Shown piece after piece: positions 51,350-64,000 of a stretch of DNA of 64,000 nt; the stretch's first letter is position 1, and the number at the start of each line of letters is the position of its first letter. Source of the stretch: Mobula hypostoma (Eukaryota); NCBI RefSeq assembly GCF_963921235.1, contig NC_086109.1:11038001-11102000 (forward strand), in the 5' to 3' direction. A model generated the notes under the pieces. That model was not told the origin of the DNA and did not search any database. It saw nothing but the letters and a program-made list of their open reading frames with translations. The position numbers and the translations under genes are program-made.

Positions 51350-52504
51350 ATAAACATATATTTATTGTAATTTATAGTTTTATGTATTGCACTGTACTGC
51401 TGCTGCAAAGCAACACATTTCATAACATATTTCGGGATTATAAACCTGATTCTGGTTTGGGTGGTAACTTCCTACTGAAAAGGCCGCTGCAACAGTGTAT
51501 CCAAACTGAAACTTAATGTTGGCCAAACTTTTTTGGTTCCTACCAAAAAGTTGGAGAAACTTCAGTGGGAATATTGTGCACAGTTCTGGTCACCATACTA
51601 TATGAAGGGTACGATTAAGGTACATAAAGTTCAGAAAAGTATCACAATGATGTTGCTGGGTTGAAGGGCTTGAATTACAAGGATTGCTTTCTCTGGAGTG
51701 AAATTGGTGGATGGGTGACCTTATGGACCTTCTTTATTCCTATAGATTTCTACCATTACCCGAGGGGTTCATGGACCCTAGGTTGGGAACCCATGTAATA
51801 GAGAGGTGTATAAGATCATGATGGGCACAGTTAATATGGATGGTCTCAGACTTCTTCCCTGAGAGGTTTACAGTGAGAGGGGAAGGATTTGAAACCTAAG
51901 AGGCATGTGTATCTCAGAGGGTGATGGGTATATGGAATGAGTTGACAGAGGAAATGGTAGAGATAGGTACCATTACAATATTTAAAAGATAGGTTTGTGG
52001 ATAGGAAAGGTTCAGAAGGATATGGGCCAAATGTAGGCAAATGGGACTAGCTTATGTGGGAAACAGGATGAATTGGGCCAAATGGTCTGGTTTTGATGTT
52101 CTATAACTCTAGGACTCTAATTATGTATCATTCACCAACCCACGCACCTAGCCACCTCAGACTCTGTGGGAGGGTGTTAAAATCTTGCCATTTTGCTCTC
52201 TACCCACATCCTGCAAGTGATGGGTGTTTTAGTGAAAACCTCCCATTAAATCAGCAAATTTGGAAACCTTAAGCATAGTACACTGTAATTAGAGAGAGCT
52301 TCTATGATGCCAAAATTCCCTGATTCGTATAATTATACCACTACGGCAAGCTAGATTTTTTTCTTCCTGAACTCTAAAGTGTCAGAGGAAAGTAATATAT
52401 GAACATGTGCTGTTTACAGTATTAACAACATTTTTCACTTGCGACTTTCCAGAAAATTTGTGGAAAATCACACAAATCTATTAAAGGAGCAAGTTAATAT
52501 TTTG

Positions 52505-54389
52505 TTAATCAAGTTAATCCCTTCCCACCTATGTTCGTGACACTTCTCACGCTCTTAAACTTTTCGATGATTTTAAGTTCCCTGGCCCCCACCACTTTAT
52601 TTTCACCATGGATATCCAATCCCTATATACTTCCATCCCCCATCAAGAAGGTCTCAAAGCTCTCCACTTCTTTTTGGATTCCAGACCTATCCAGTTCCCC
52701 TCTTCCACCACTCTGCTGCGTCTAGCGAAATTAGTCCTTACTCTTAATAATTTCTCCTTTGGCTCCTCTCACTTCCTCCAAACTAAAGTTGTTGCTATGG
52801 GCCTAGCTATGCCTGCCTTTTTGTTGGCTTTGTGGAACAATCTATGTTCCAAACCTATTCTGGTATCTGTCCCATACTTTTCCTTCGCTACATCGACGAC
52901 TGCATTGGCGCTGCTTCCTGCATGCATGCTGAGCTCGTTGACTTTATTAACTTTGCCTTCAACTTTCACCCTGCCCTCAAGTTTACCTGGTCCATTTCCG
53001 ACACCTCCCTCCCTTCGCTAGATCTTTCTGTCTCTATCTCTGGAGACAGCTTATCTACTGATGTCTACTGTAAACCTACTGACTCTCACAGCTCTCTGGA
53101 CTATACCTCTTCTCACCCTGTCTCTTGCAAAAATGCCATCCCTTTCTCGCAATTCCTCCGTCTCCGCCGCATCTGCTCTCAGGATGAGGCTTTTCATTCC
53201 AGGACGAGGGAGATGTCCTCCTTTTTTAAAGAAAGGGGCTTCCCTTCCTCCACCATCAACTCCGCTCTCAAACGCATCTCCCCCATTTCACACACATCTG
53301 CTCTCACTCCATCCTCCCGCCACCCCACTAGGAATAGGGTTCCCCTTGTCCTCACCTACCACCCCACCAGCCTCCAGGTCCAACATATTATTCTCCGTAA
53401 CTTCCGCCACCTCCAACGGGATCCCACCACTGAGTATATCTTTCCCTCCCCCCCCATCTGCTTTCCGCAGGGATCGCTCCCTATGCAACTCCCTTGTCCA
53501 TTCGTACCCGCCATCCCTCCCCACCGATCTCCCTCCTTGCACTTATCCTTGTAAGCGGAACAAGTGCTACACATGCCCTTACACTTCCTCCCTTACCACC
53601 ATTCAGGGCCCCAGACAGTCCTTCCAGGTGAGGCAACACTTCACCTGTGAGTCGGCTGGGGTGATGTACTGAGTCCGGTGTTTCCAATGTGGCCTTCTAT
53701 ATATTGGCAAGGCCCGACACAGACTGGGAGATCGTTTCGCTGAACACCTACACTCTGTCTGCCAGAGAAAGCAGGATCTCCCAGTGGCCACACATTTTAA
53801 TTCCACGTCCCATTCCCGTTCTGATATGTCTATCCACAGCCTCCTCTACTGTAAAGATGAAGCCACATTCAGGTTGGAGGAACAACACCTTATATTCCGT
53901 CTGGGTAGCCTCCAACCTGATGGCATGAACATCGACTTCTCAAACTTCCGCTAATGCCCCACCTCCCTCTCATACCCCATCCGTTATTTATTTATATACA
54001 CACATTCTTTTTCTCTCTCTCCTTTTTCTCCCTCTGTCCCTCTCACTATACCCCTTGCCCATTCTCTGGGTTTTTCCTCCCTCCCCCTTTTCTTTTCTCC
54101 TTAGCCCTCCTGTCCCATGATCTTCTCATATCCCTTTTGCCAATCACCTGTCCAGCTCTTGGCTCCATCCCTCCCCCTCCTGTCTTCTCCTATCATTTTG
54201 GATCTCCCCCTCCCCCTCCCACTTTCAAATCTCTTACTAGTTCTTCTTTCAGTTAGTCCTGATGAAGGGTCTCGGCCCAAAACATCGACTGTACCTCTTC
54301 CTAGAGATGCTGCCTGGCCTGCTGCGTTCACCAGCAACTTTGATGTTTGTGGCTTGAATTTCCAGCATCTGCAGATTTCCTCGTGTTTG
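52505..54389 (+). mobile_element. Penelope-like element (Neptune-type), 5'-truncated: RT C-half, Cys linker, GIY-YIG endonuclease, pLTR with decayed hammerhead (54255-54290)
   Basis: MDIQSLYTSIPH, LRYIDD, IPFSQFLRLRRICS, CKRNKCYTC, FTCESAGVMY, LYIG. Frameshifted. 13-bp TSD AGTTAATATTTTG at 52492-52504 and 54390-54402. Confidence 0.95.
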
Positions 54390-56760
54390 AGTTAATATTT
54401 TGAATGCATTGGACCACAATGATTGATAATTGAGACCACTACTGCTAGCATTAACCTGTTTTTGCTTTGAATATCCACCACTGATATATGGAGTCAGAGT
54501 TGTACAGCAGGCCTTTTGGCTCACAGAATCGAAGCTGACCATCATGCCTATCTTTAATAATCTGTGTCTAGACACCTTGTAAACTATTGTTGTTCTTGCT
54601 TCCTCTTCTCGCAGCGCATCAAGTAGGTTAAAAGGTTGGCACAACATAGTGTGCCAAATGGCCTTTACTGTGCTATACTGTTCTATGTTCAATGTTCTAG
54701 TACAGATACCAGCTGCTCTTTGTTTGGGGGAAAATACTTTTCAGATCCCTTTAAACCTCATCCCACTTACTTCAGATTTATGCTCTCTTGGTTTAGTCAC
54801 CACGGCCATGACTGTCATTCTGGCTCTCTATTTGATTTTCTTCTTCTTCTTATTGGACCCTTAGCTCTCAGTAGCATTTTGGTCATTGATCTCCTGTGTC
54901 TCCATTGTCCAAAGTCAATGGTATAGTTGGAGTTTGTGAATGTTTCTGCAGTCCATTTTATCCACTGTACAGGGGATTGGCCTGTACAGCTTCACCAGAG
55001 TCCAGTTGGCCAGCCTTACATTTTCACCTCTTATGACGGGTATGTAGAGCTGGACTTTGAGATGTTTATACAATATTATGCTTTTCATAATTTTACACTC
55101 CTCCACAATGTCTCCTCTGAGCCTTCTTTACTCCAGGAGAAATAGACACAGTCTATCTAATTGCCACATAAAACTCATGTCCTCCAATCCAGGCAGCATA
55201 CCAGTGAATCTTTCCTGCATCCTTTCTAGCTTAGTTACATCTTTCCTGTATAAAATGGCAATCAGAACTGCACACTTGCCATATGACTTATCATCTGTCT
55301 ACCTATGTTGCTGCTTTTAGGGATCTACAGTATGCATGTTCCAAGATGTTTCTACTGAACAACATTCTCAAGCACCCTGCAATTCATTGTAGATCTCCTG
55401 TACTAGCTTAATTTCCCAAAATGCATCCTGTTGTAGTTGTCTGAGTTAACCTGCATCAGCCATTGTCTTGCCTACTTTTCCAGTTAATCTGTATCCTGCT
55501 GTATCAGAGAACCTTCTTCACTGTCCACTATATGACCTATTTTGGTGTCATCTGCATACTTAGTAGCCATACAACTACATTCTCATCCCAATCATTAACA
55601 TATACGACAGAGAACTAGTGCCAATCCTTGCGGCACACCACTGGTCACAGATCATCAATCTCTAAACAACCACCACTGTCTACCTCCTACCACTGAGCAA
55701 ATGGTGTAGCCAATTGGCCAACTCAGCCTTGATCCCATGTGATATTGCCCAAGGTCTTAGTAAGGGTCTTGGGGAAGGTTTAATTGATGCAGTTTGTGGA
55801 TTGGACTCTGCAATTCATGTTATATGTGTTTTTGATTACTCCTTTTTTTATTGCCATTTTGTGCAATTTTGATCAGGATGGACTGGCTCTGTGGGCAATG
55901 AATGACAGCGCTAAATTGAACTGAACATTCCTAGATTGTTTCAATGTGGTTTGATGTTTAATATTCTATGTTTTTTCGCTTGTTTTTTTCTGCTGTTGGC
56001 ATTGCTTTTTTTTTGCGTGTTGGGTGTTTGATGTTTTCTTTGAACGGGTTCCATGATGTTTTTGTTTCATGGCTGTCTGTCTGTTTGGAGGTCGAATTTC
56101 AGGGTTGTATACTGCATTCATGTTCTGGTATTAAATGTATTTTGAATCTTTAAAATCCTATTTTAATCTGTCTGGACCTGTTAGAATTTTATAATTTACT
56201 GTGAGATCTTTTCTCATTCTTCTGAATTCCAGTAAATATCGGCATGACTGCTGTGTCAGCCTTCCTATCCCAGAAATTAGTCCAGTTAAGCTTTACTGCA
56301 TTGTCTCCTTCCTCAAAGGCTGAAACTATATACAGAACTCCAGATGGAATCTGCCAGAGTCTGTACAGCTGCAGCAAGCTATCCCTGCTCCTGTACTCCA
56401 ACCATCTTACAATGAAACATACACCTTTCTGACAGCTTTCTGTATCCAATTACTTGACTTCTAACTTGTTGCATCTAAATGCCTGCTGTTGGGATGGCAT
56501 GGGGCAACCAAATGAGTTTCTTAAGCAACAAGCAATCTGCTGGAGGAATTCAGTGGGTTGAGCAGCATCCAGGGGCAGGGTGGTGGAAGGGGTGAAGGAA
56601 TTGTTGACATCTCGGGTTTAAGCCTCCAGCATCTGCAGTCTCTTGTGTCTCCAGTTATGTTTCCTATTTCTGATATTTGTTCAGGTGATCATAATGCACA
56701 TCAGTGACTCTAAACACGATTGCCTTTGAGTATTTTGTTCTCACTATCTCTTTCTTACAG

Positions 56761-56850
56761 TTGAGGATCATATATGAATAAAGACCATGTTGCTGACATA
56801 TGATAAGACATAACCGTTTGTGTGGGATTTTTTTACCATGACATTAACTG
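56761..56850 (+). other. Candidate 90-nt exon (non-coding or 5' UTR)
   Basis: Strong acceptor tgttctcactatctctttcttacag, possible donor CTG|gtattt. Stops in all three frames. Confidence 0.35.
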
Positions 56851-57234
56851 GTATTTTTTTTAGATTATGAGGACACTCAGTCTCGTTTAATGTCATTTAG
56901 AAATGCATGCATTAAGAAAGGATACAATGTTCCTCCAGAGTGATGTCACAAAAAAAAAGGACAAACCAAAGACTAACACTGACAAGAGCATATAATTCTA
57001 ACATATAGTTACATAATTACAGAAGGGAAGTGAAAACTGCTAGAGTTTGTAAACATGTAACCACAACAGTAACTGTTCAATATAAGTGGATCATGCACCT
57101 TGCAACCCGTGTTCTTTTGAATTTGTTCAGTTACAATACAGAAGTTGTAATTAAACGACTTGAAGATGAACCATTCCTTATATCAATGTTTGTTCTTTGT
57201 CTCCATGGTTTTCCATATGATGGAATGAATCTAT

Positions 57235-57602
57235 AGGTCATCCTTTTTAACTAGTGTGGCAACTGTGAGGGATCTGTGGAGGTGGACCCCTAGATCCCCT
57301 TGTTCTTCCACAGTGCTAAAAAACTTGCCATTAACCTTGTACCCTGCCCTCAAATCCAACTTTCCAAAAGGTATCATTTCATACTTTTCTGGATTGATTT
57401 CCATCTGCCATCTTTTAGCTCAGCTCTGTATCCTGTTAATGTTCTATTGTAATGTACAATCTTCTGCATTATCTACAACATCTCTAATCTTCATGTCATC
57501 TGCAAAATTATTAACCCACCCTTCTACTGCCTTGTCTAAGTCAATTACAACAAGCAGCTCAAGTCCCAGAACAGATCCTTATGGAACACCACTAGTCACG
57601 AG
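57235..57602 (-). mobile_element. Degraded CR1 RT fragment (similar relic at 55100-55745)
   Basis: Aligns by eye to 5520-5895. Confidence 0.75.
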
Positions 57603-58496
57603 CCTTCAGATATTGACTAAGAAATTTCAAGTTTGAAGACTCGTGGGTTGTGGGTCTGACTACATATTTTCTAAATGAAGGGTGGCTTTTCTGAGACCAT
57701 TACCTGTGACTGAAATGGAATGGATACTGTTTAAAGCACACTCATACATTTAATGAATGAATTTAAAAACCTCCAAAGATTTTCTTTGGACTAGAGCTTT
57801 AGTAATGTGCTGAATATCAAAGAAACAAATCAAACAAAAAAATAGGCTATTACGTCTTTTTGAGCTTGTTCTATTTTCTGGCAATCAACCAGAGCAGTAC
57901 TAAACTGGAGGTAACACACACAAAATGCTGGTGGAATGCAGCAGGTCAGGCAGCATCTATAGGAAGAAGTACAGTCGACGTTTCGGGCTGAGAGGAGGTG
58001 CTAAGTTTCAATTGATGTTAAAGTAATGCCTTATTCACCCCCTCAAGTTTCAATGTCACCATTTGCAGATCTGCAAGGAGTTCTCTCCAAAGTTTAAAAC
58101 AATTAATAACATAATAAGAAGTATTATCTGCCTATCATGTTGTTGTTTGCATTCAAGTCAGCATTCATGTTTCCTTTAGCACAAGATTGAAAGTACTCAC
58201 TGGGTTTTAAATTTAGCTTATTTCAATGTCCTGAGGCTGTGAAAGAGCAAAATAACCCTGAGACCCTTTTGTTTTTAATGTGGCTGATTGAAGCAACTAT
58301 TTGATCAATTTGTCTATATTCTGTGGATGTGGTGAATGATCTGAATTATAGTGAAGTGCCATAGGCATCACTTTACAAATACATTGGGACTGCACAACGT
58401 TTAGGGCAGCATTTTTAACCTTGGTGCAATTGTACATTGATTCAATAGCAAAACTCTGTGCATTGGAAGTGGCTGGAATGTAAGTACGGTCCTTAC

Positions 58497-59515
58497 TGAT
58501 AAGACCATAAGACAAAGGAGCAGAATTGTGGCATTTGGCCCATCGAGTCTGCTCCTCCATTCCATCATGACTGATTTATTATCCCTCTTAACCCTATTGT
58601 TATCCCTTCTCCCCATAACCTTTGGTACCCTTATTAATCAAGAACCGATCAACCTCTACTTTAAATATACCCAATGACTTGGCCTCCACAGCTGTCTGTG
58701 GGAATGAATTCCAAAGAATGAATTCACCACCCTCTGGCTAAAGTAATTCCTCTTCATCTCTGTTACAAAATTATGAGGGATATAGACAAGGTAAATGCAA
58801 GCAGACTTTTTCCACTGAGGTTGGGTGAAACTAGAACTGGAGGTCATGGGTTAAAGGTGAAAGGTGAAATGTCTGAGTGGAACATGAGGTAGAACTTCTT
58901 CAATCAGTGTGGATGAGCTGCCAGCGTAAGTGGTGGATGCCAGTTTAATTTCAATATTTAAGAGAAATTTGGATACGTCCATGGATGGGATGAGTATGGA
59001 GGGATATGGTCCCATTGCAGATCAATGGACTAGGTGGATTAATAGTTTGGCACAGGCTAAATGGGCCTGATAAGGCCACTCTCAGTGTGGAGGAGCAACA
59101 CCTTGTATTCCATCTGGGTAGCCTCCAACCTGATGGCATGAACATCGATTTCTCCTTCTAGTAATTTTTCCCATCCTCCTTCCTTCTTTTTCTATTCCCC
59201 ACTCTGGCCTCTTACTTCTTCTCAACTGCCTATCACCTCCCCCACTACCCCTCCTTCTTCCCTTTCTCCCATGGTCCACTCTCCTCTCCTATCAGATTCC
59301 TTCCTCTCCAGTCCTTTACCTTTCCCACCCACCTGGCTTCACCTATCACCTTCTAACTATCATCCTTCCCCTCCCCCACCTTTTTATTCTGCTATCTCCC
59401 CCCCACTTCCTTTCCAGTCCTGAAGAAGAGCCTTGACCTGAGATGTCGACTGTTTATTCATTCCCATAGATGCTGCCTGACCTGCCAAGTTCCTCGAGCA
59501 TTTTGTGTGTGTCGC
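58497..59515. mobile_element. Abutting CR1 (-), CR1 (+) and older PLE (+) 3' ends
   Basis: Homology to other copies in this window. Confidence 0.75.
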
Positions 59516-62362
59516 TAGTAATTTTATTGTTTCAATTGACATGATGAGTAAATTGAGAAAGTACGGTATTCTCATTATCCAAAAGCCAATCCTAGAAGTA
59601 CTGACTGCCCATTTCGCCGCTGGCTTTTAGGGCAGCAGTGAAGGTCCCCCATCCCTGGTGGTGTTCAGGGCTTCCTTCATCATGTCAGTAGCTTCTTCTT
59701 GGTTTCACTACTGTCAGTCATGCAAGTCCCAGGTGGAGACTCAGGAATACTCTCGCACCCAGATGTAAAAGGATTATTCATTGCTGTTTCGGTAACAATT
59801 TTGTTTTACCAGTCAGGATTGTTAGCCCTGAGCTGAACCTCTGAACCCTGAAGAAAATTCCACGAGCGCATTCCACTTTATTTAATTAATATTGTAAATT
59901 ACTAACACAGAGTGGACAATTCTGAATCATTGCTTGCTGTCAACAATGTGGAAATAAAGGAATCAATAACTTATAACTTGTTATAAGACAATGGCAGATT
60001 AAGACCCAATCTCATTACTGTGGTTTTGCAGTCACATTAGATAAACTTAACAGATATATTTGTATAGGTGGAATTGTATTTATAAGTATCATGTTTCATA
60101 AAGAGTTAGGATTTTTTTCTAAACTGTGACTTCTGTACTTATTGGCCATTATGCTGCTGGAATTTAGGGTAGCAATGATGGTCGTCCATCCCTGTCTGTC
60201 CTTGGCCATACTGTTACACACAGATATAGAAGGATTCTCTATTGCTGTTCCTGTAACAATTTATTTTGACCATTCAGGGTTGTTAGCCCTGAGATGAACC
60301 CCCCGAAATTGGAGGACCAGTGGACTACTCTTAGTCTGGCCTTTGCCATGTCTGGCATGAGTGACCCTACCAAAAGCCAAAGCATAAAGCCCTGACCACA
60401 ACCAACACAGCTCCCTGGATCATTGATGCATGCAAGTCTCCAAACCATGACAAGGTTGTGGTCCTCTTGGAGATGTGACTTCTGTAGGGGCTCAAAAACC
60501 AATCCTTTGTGGAAGTTTTCACCGGGGCATGGTGGGTGGGGTTGAACAAATGATGTAAAATCAACAAGTAATTGAAAGCTCGATGACGTATTTTGAGTCA
60601 AGAAATTCGTTCAACATTATATAAGGTACAGGGAATAGAGAGTGTTGATGGGCTCCCTGGCATCTGTCTGAATCTGTTTGTAACCTTGGTGTTGTGTTTG
60701 ACCAGAGACAAGTTTTGAACCGGACAAACAAAATATCACACATAGTCACTCTTTGGCCCAATATGCCCATGGCAACAAAGATGCCAATCAACTTGGGCTC
60801 CCTAATTTCATCTTTGTGGCATTTCTCAACTCCACCCTTGCCTCAGCGGAAAGCCATACCTATGCCTTTGTTACCTTTATTGACTATTCCAGCACATTTT
60901 TGCCCAGGTTCCCTTCTTCTACTCATGACAAATTAAAGGACATCCAAAACTTTTCTCACTGCTGCCATCAGATAGCAGGTACAAGAGCCACAGGACTCAC
61001 ACCACCAAGTTCAAGAACAGTTACTACCCCTGAGCCATCAGGCTCTTGAACAAAAGGGGATAACTTCCCACAACCAATTATCTCACTTTAAGGACTCTTT
61101 ATCTCATTATACCATGTTCTTGTTATTTATTGCTTTTTAATTATATTTGCACAGTTTGTTGTATTCTGCACTCTGGTTGATCTTTCATTGATTCTGTTAT
61201 AGTTCCTATTCTATAGAGTTGCTGAGTATGCCCACAGGGAAATTAATCTCAGGCACACACAAAATACTCTGTAGATGCTGGGGTCAAAGCAACATGCACA
61301 ACACGCTGGAGGTCGGGCAGCATCCGTGGAAATGAACAGTCAACGTTTCCGGCCAAGACCCTTCATTTCCATGGATGCTGCCTGACCTGCTGAATTAATC
61401 TCAGGGCTGTATATAGTGACATATACGTACTTTGATAATAACATTTACTTTGAAGTTTGAATTCAGCTGCCCTTGTCCTACTTCCAGTTTGCCCATTACC
61501 TCTATGCATTCTTAATCATGCCTCAATTTTAAAATCCTCAATACTCCCCTCCTTTACCCTTTAGTCATTCATGCCCACTATATTTCTCCAGTTGTAGAGC
61601 ATTTGAACATCCTGGGATTTAATTGCCCTATGAATGGCCAGAAGTCTTCAGCTCTGAAATTTCATCCAAAACCACTTCTCTCTTCATCTACTGAAAGAAA
61701 GCTTTCTCTTTAACAAAGAATTGGGTATTTCCTTGCATGACCCTTGTAGCGGTTGCCTGACAACAAATGAAGATGGCTCAGAGATTAAGCACAGGGGCTG
61801 GTACAGTATGATGCGTTATCCAAAATAGTGAAGTTCCAAAGTTCAGAGGAGTATGTTCGATCTTTTATTAAGAAATCAGCAAAAACGAACTATCTTGTAA
61901 TGATAAAAAAACTGATGAAATAAGCAGTAGTGTTAGCAATCTTAGCACATTAGAGAAATTAATGTTGTTCAGTGGTCAACAAAAAAATTTCATCCCCGGC
62001 CTCCTCCCTGGCTCGAACCAGATTAAACTGAATTTAGACAAAGCTTGAATACGTAACTATGCTTATTCTCTTCTACCACGCCCAACCCATGTGACAAATT
62101 ATCCATAATAAATGTGCAGTAGAGACTGACAGAAAAAGATACTTGGCTGCTACAGATTTTGTTGGATTAGATTTCTTTGAAAGCCTTCCAGTCTTTTCCC
62201 ATGTAAATTGAAGTTGATGTTGACTAGGAAATAAAACGATAATGTATTTTAATGTAAGAGGGCAGGAATTGTTTTGGTTTCAAAGGATTTATGCAAATCA
62301 ATGCCCTCATTCTGTAGAAATTGAACTACCTCAAAAAACATCTATGATCTCACCCATCTATG

Positions 62363-62469
62363 CTATATGTCGTTGGAGGTATTACTTAAGTCTTGTCTTC
62401 CTCTGGGAAATAAGACACCAGGATGAAGTGAGCTTTTCTTCTGCAGACTACACAAATTTATGCTGCTTT
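62363..62469 (-). CDS. Candidate terminal exon SSINLCSLQKKSSLHPGVLFPRGRQDLSNTSNDI*
   Basis: Strong acceptor tttaatttttatgtattcttttacag, one open frame (phase 1), followed by repeat-poor AT-rich sequence with a minus-strand AATAAA near 61865. Confidence 0.3.
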
Positions 62470-63438
62470 CTGTAAAAGAATACATAAAAATTAAATATTT
62501 TATTCACGATAGAAACTTCTCAGGAACAATATGTGGTTTGATGTAACACTCCTCTCCCCAGTTTGTGCAGAGAGCAAAAAATAAAGTGGATGGAGAAATG
62601 TACAGTATATATTTAAAGAAACAATTTTGCCTTCAGTTGAAGTAAGTGGATCATCAAAAAAAGACAAGTCTTTGCACAGTGGGTTGCAGTAAGATTATAT
62701 AGCAAGCTCATGTAGGCTCAATATATTGCCATAGCAACATTATTGGTGTAATTATCAAAAGAGGAACTGAAAAAGTCAATATATCCTCATTTGTGTATGC
62801 AATAGGTATTTTAATTGTCAACTACCCAATTTATTTTTCTTTTCCTTGTTCTCTGTATTTAACATTAACGGGGCACGAATTAGGCTTTGTAGTTTCAGAT
62901 TCTTGTAATGACTGAATTCAGTGAAATGGATCACTATTTTGGCTTTCAGATATATAGTGAAACTCTTCCTAAAAACAACAAAATACCGTTCTTGTATAGT
63001 TGTGACAGGCATTTTGTTACATAATAAGATGGATACTTATTTTGTTCTCTCAGAAGGATAGAAGACCAAAAGGTCAAACTTAAATGCCCATCCCTAATCC
63101 TTGAAGGGACTGATGAATTCCAAATCAGGCATCTCATGGGAGTGAAGTGTCTAAAATGTTGCTGGGGGTTTAGTCACATGAAGGAGAGACTAGATAATGA
63201 TAATGTATTTCCTTCCCTAAAGGACATGAGCAAACAAGATTTGTTTCATGATCATGTGTTGGTTTTTATTTCTTTAACGTTAATAGTTTAGATTTCCCCA
63301 GCTGCCATAGTTGGTTTTGAATTGTGTCTCCTGAGCTTCTGTTCAAGCCTCTTGACTTATTAACTTAGCCATGAACCACCATTGCCAATCCAGGAAACAG
63401 TATAGACCAGAATAGTAGATTTTCAAATTCTTCAACAA

Positions 63439-63633
63439 TTAACTCCACTTAGTATAGTGCATGGAGCCTGAATTTGATGTATTAGCATTTTCAGCAGAGA
63501 CATTTGAGTATAACTCCTTAAGTACAGCACTAGAATTACAAACAAGAGCACAAAAATCCTCTACAGTCGCCAGCATCTGATACTTCTGATGAAGGAAATC
63601 TGTTACATGGCATCTGTGCATTTTCTGATTTAT
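63439..63633 (-). CDS. Candidate coding exon INQKMHRCHVTDFLHQKYQMLATVEDFCALVCNSSAVLKELYS...
   Basis: Protein-like composition in unique sequence, weak acceptor tattcctctttaag, no clear donor, no homolog recognised. Confidence 0.25.
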   Translation of the reverse strand: MNQKMHRCHVTDFLHQKYQMLATVEDFCALVCNSSAVLKELYSNVSAENANTSNSGSMHYTKWS

Positions 63634-63791
63634 CTTAAAGAGGAATACTGATGGCATTATCATATTAGAACTCAATTAGAATGGAAGACCTCCACAGGTC
63701 TTCAAACCCAAGAGAGATGTCTTGAGGACACAGCTTATTTAGAGGCAATGTGATCAAACTAACCTGAAGATATTTAGGAACAATAAAGAGG

Positions 63792-64000
63792 ATGAACAAG
63801 TGGCTGAGGAACTGGTGCAGGGAGCAGGGTTTCAGATTTCAGGATAATTGGGACCTCTTCTGGGGCAGGTGGGACCTGTACAAGAGAGACGGGTTACACT
63901 TGAACTACAGGGGGACCAATATCCTTTCAGGGAGGTTTGTTAATGCTATTGGGGGGGCTTTAAACTAGATTTGCAGGGAGTTGGGAACCAAAGTGCCAGA
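63792..64000 (+). mobile_element. CR1 ORF1 (SGNH esterase-like) C-terminus; element continues past the window
   Basis: 63792-63968 reads MNKWLRNWCREQGFRFQDNWDLFWGRWDLYKRDGLHLNYRGTNILSGRFVNAIGGALN*. Confidence 0.9.

Noticed and set aside
52608..53954. Intact or domesticated RT-GIY-YIG gene
   Set aside because: 5'-truncated with several frameshifts and a stop; an ordinary dead PLE copy.
59541..59604. Box C/D snoRNA (ATGATGA...CTGA)
   Set aside because: No terminal stem, and the CTGA lies at the end of the adjacent RTE-like repeat.

Overview
Eukaryotic genomic DNA, most likely from a cartilaginous fish (ray-like). This is inferred only from the repeat spectrum: HER1/CR1-type LINEs, HE1-like V-SINEs, Rex1/Babar and Penelope elements. 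Most of the window is nested, decayed transposable elements: CR1, Rex1/Babar, L1, Hero and Penelope-like (PLE) retroelements, solo LTRs, Tc1, Tigger and hAT-Charlie DNA transposons, and SINEs. Almost all ORFs in the supplied track are TE fragments or noise. Host-gene evidence is limited to a CpG-rich promoter with a probable first exon (about 38300-38653, ACCATG ACG ACC G|GTGAGT) and a few candidate exons I cannot name. I found no complete new multi-gene system. The best leads are: (i) a young PLE subfamily carrying a minimal hammerhead ribozyme, whose four copies all have 10-14 bp TSDs and mostly unusual 5' junctions, including a palindrome with a locally templated spacer; (ii) a composite Tc1-MITE unit that appears to have moved as one piece; (iii) a Hero element with an in-frame deletion of its RT; (iv) a Charlie hAT carrying a CR1 3' end; (v) speculative small-ORF transcripts on either side of the promoter. 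Family names come from recalled motifs, not database searches. Boundaries without a TSD are approximate.
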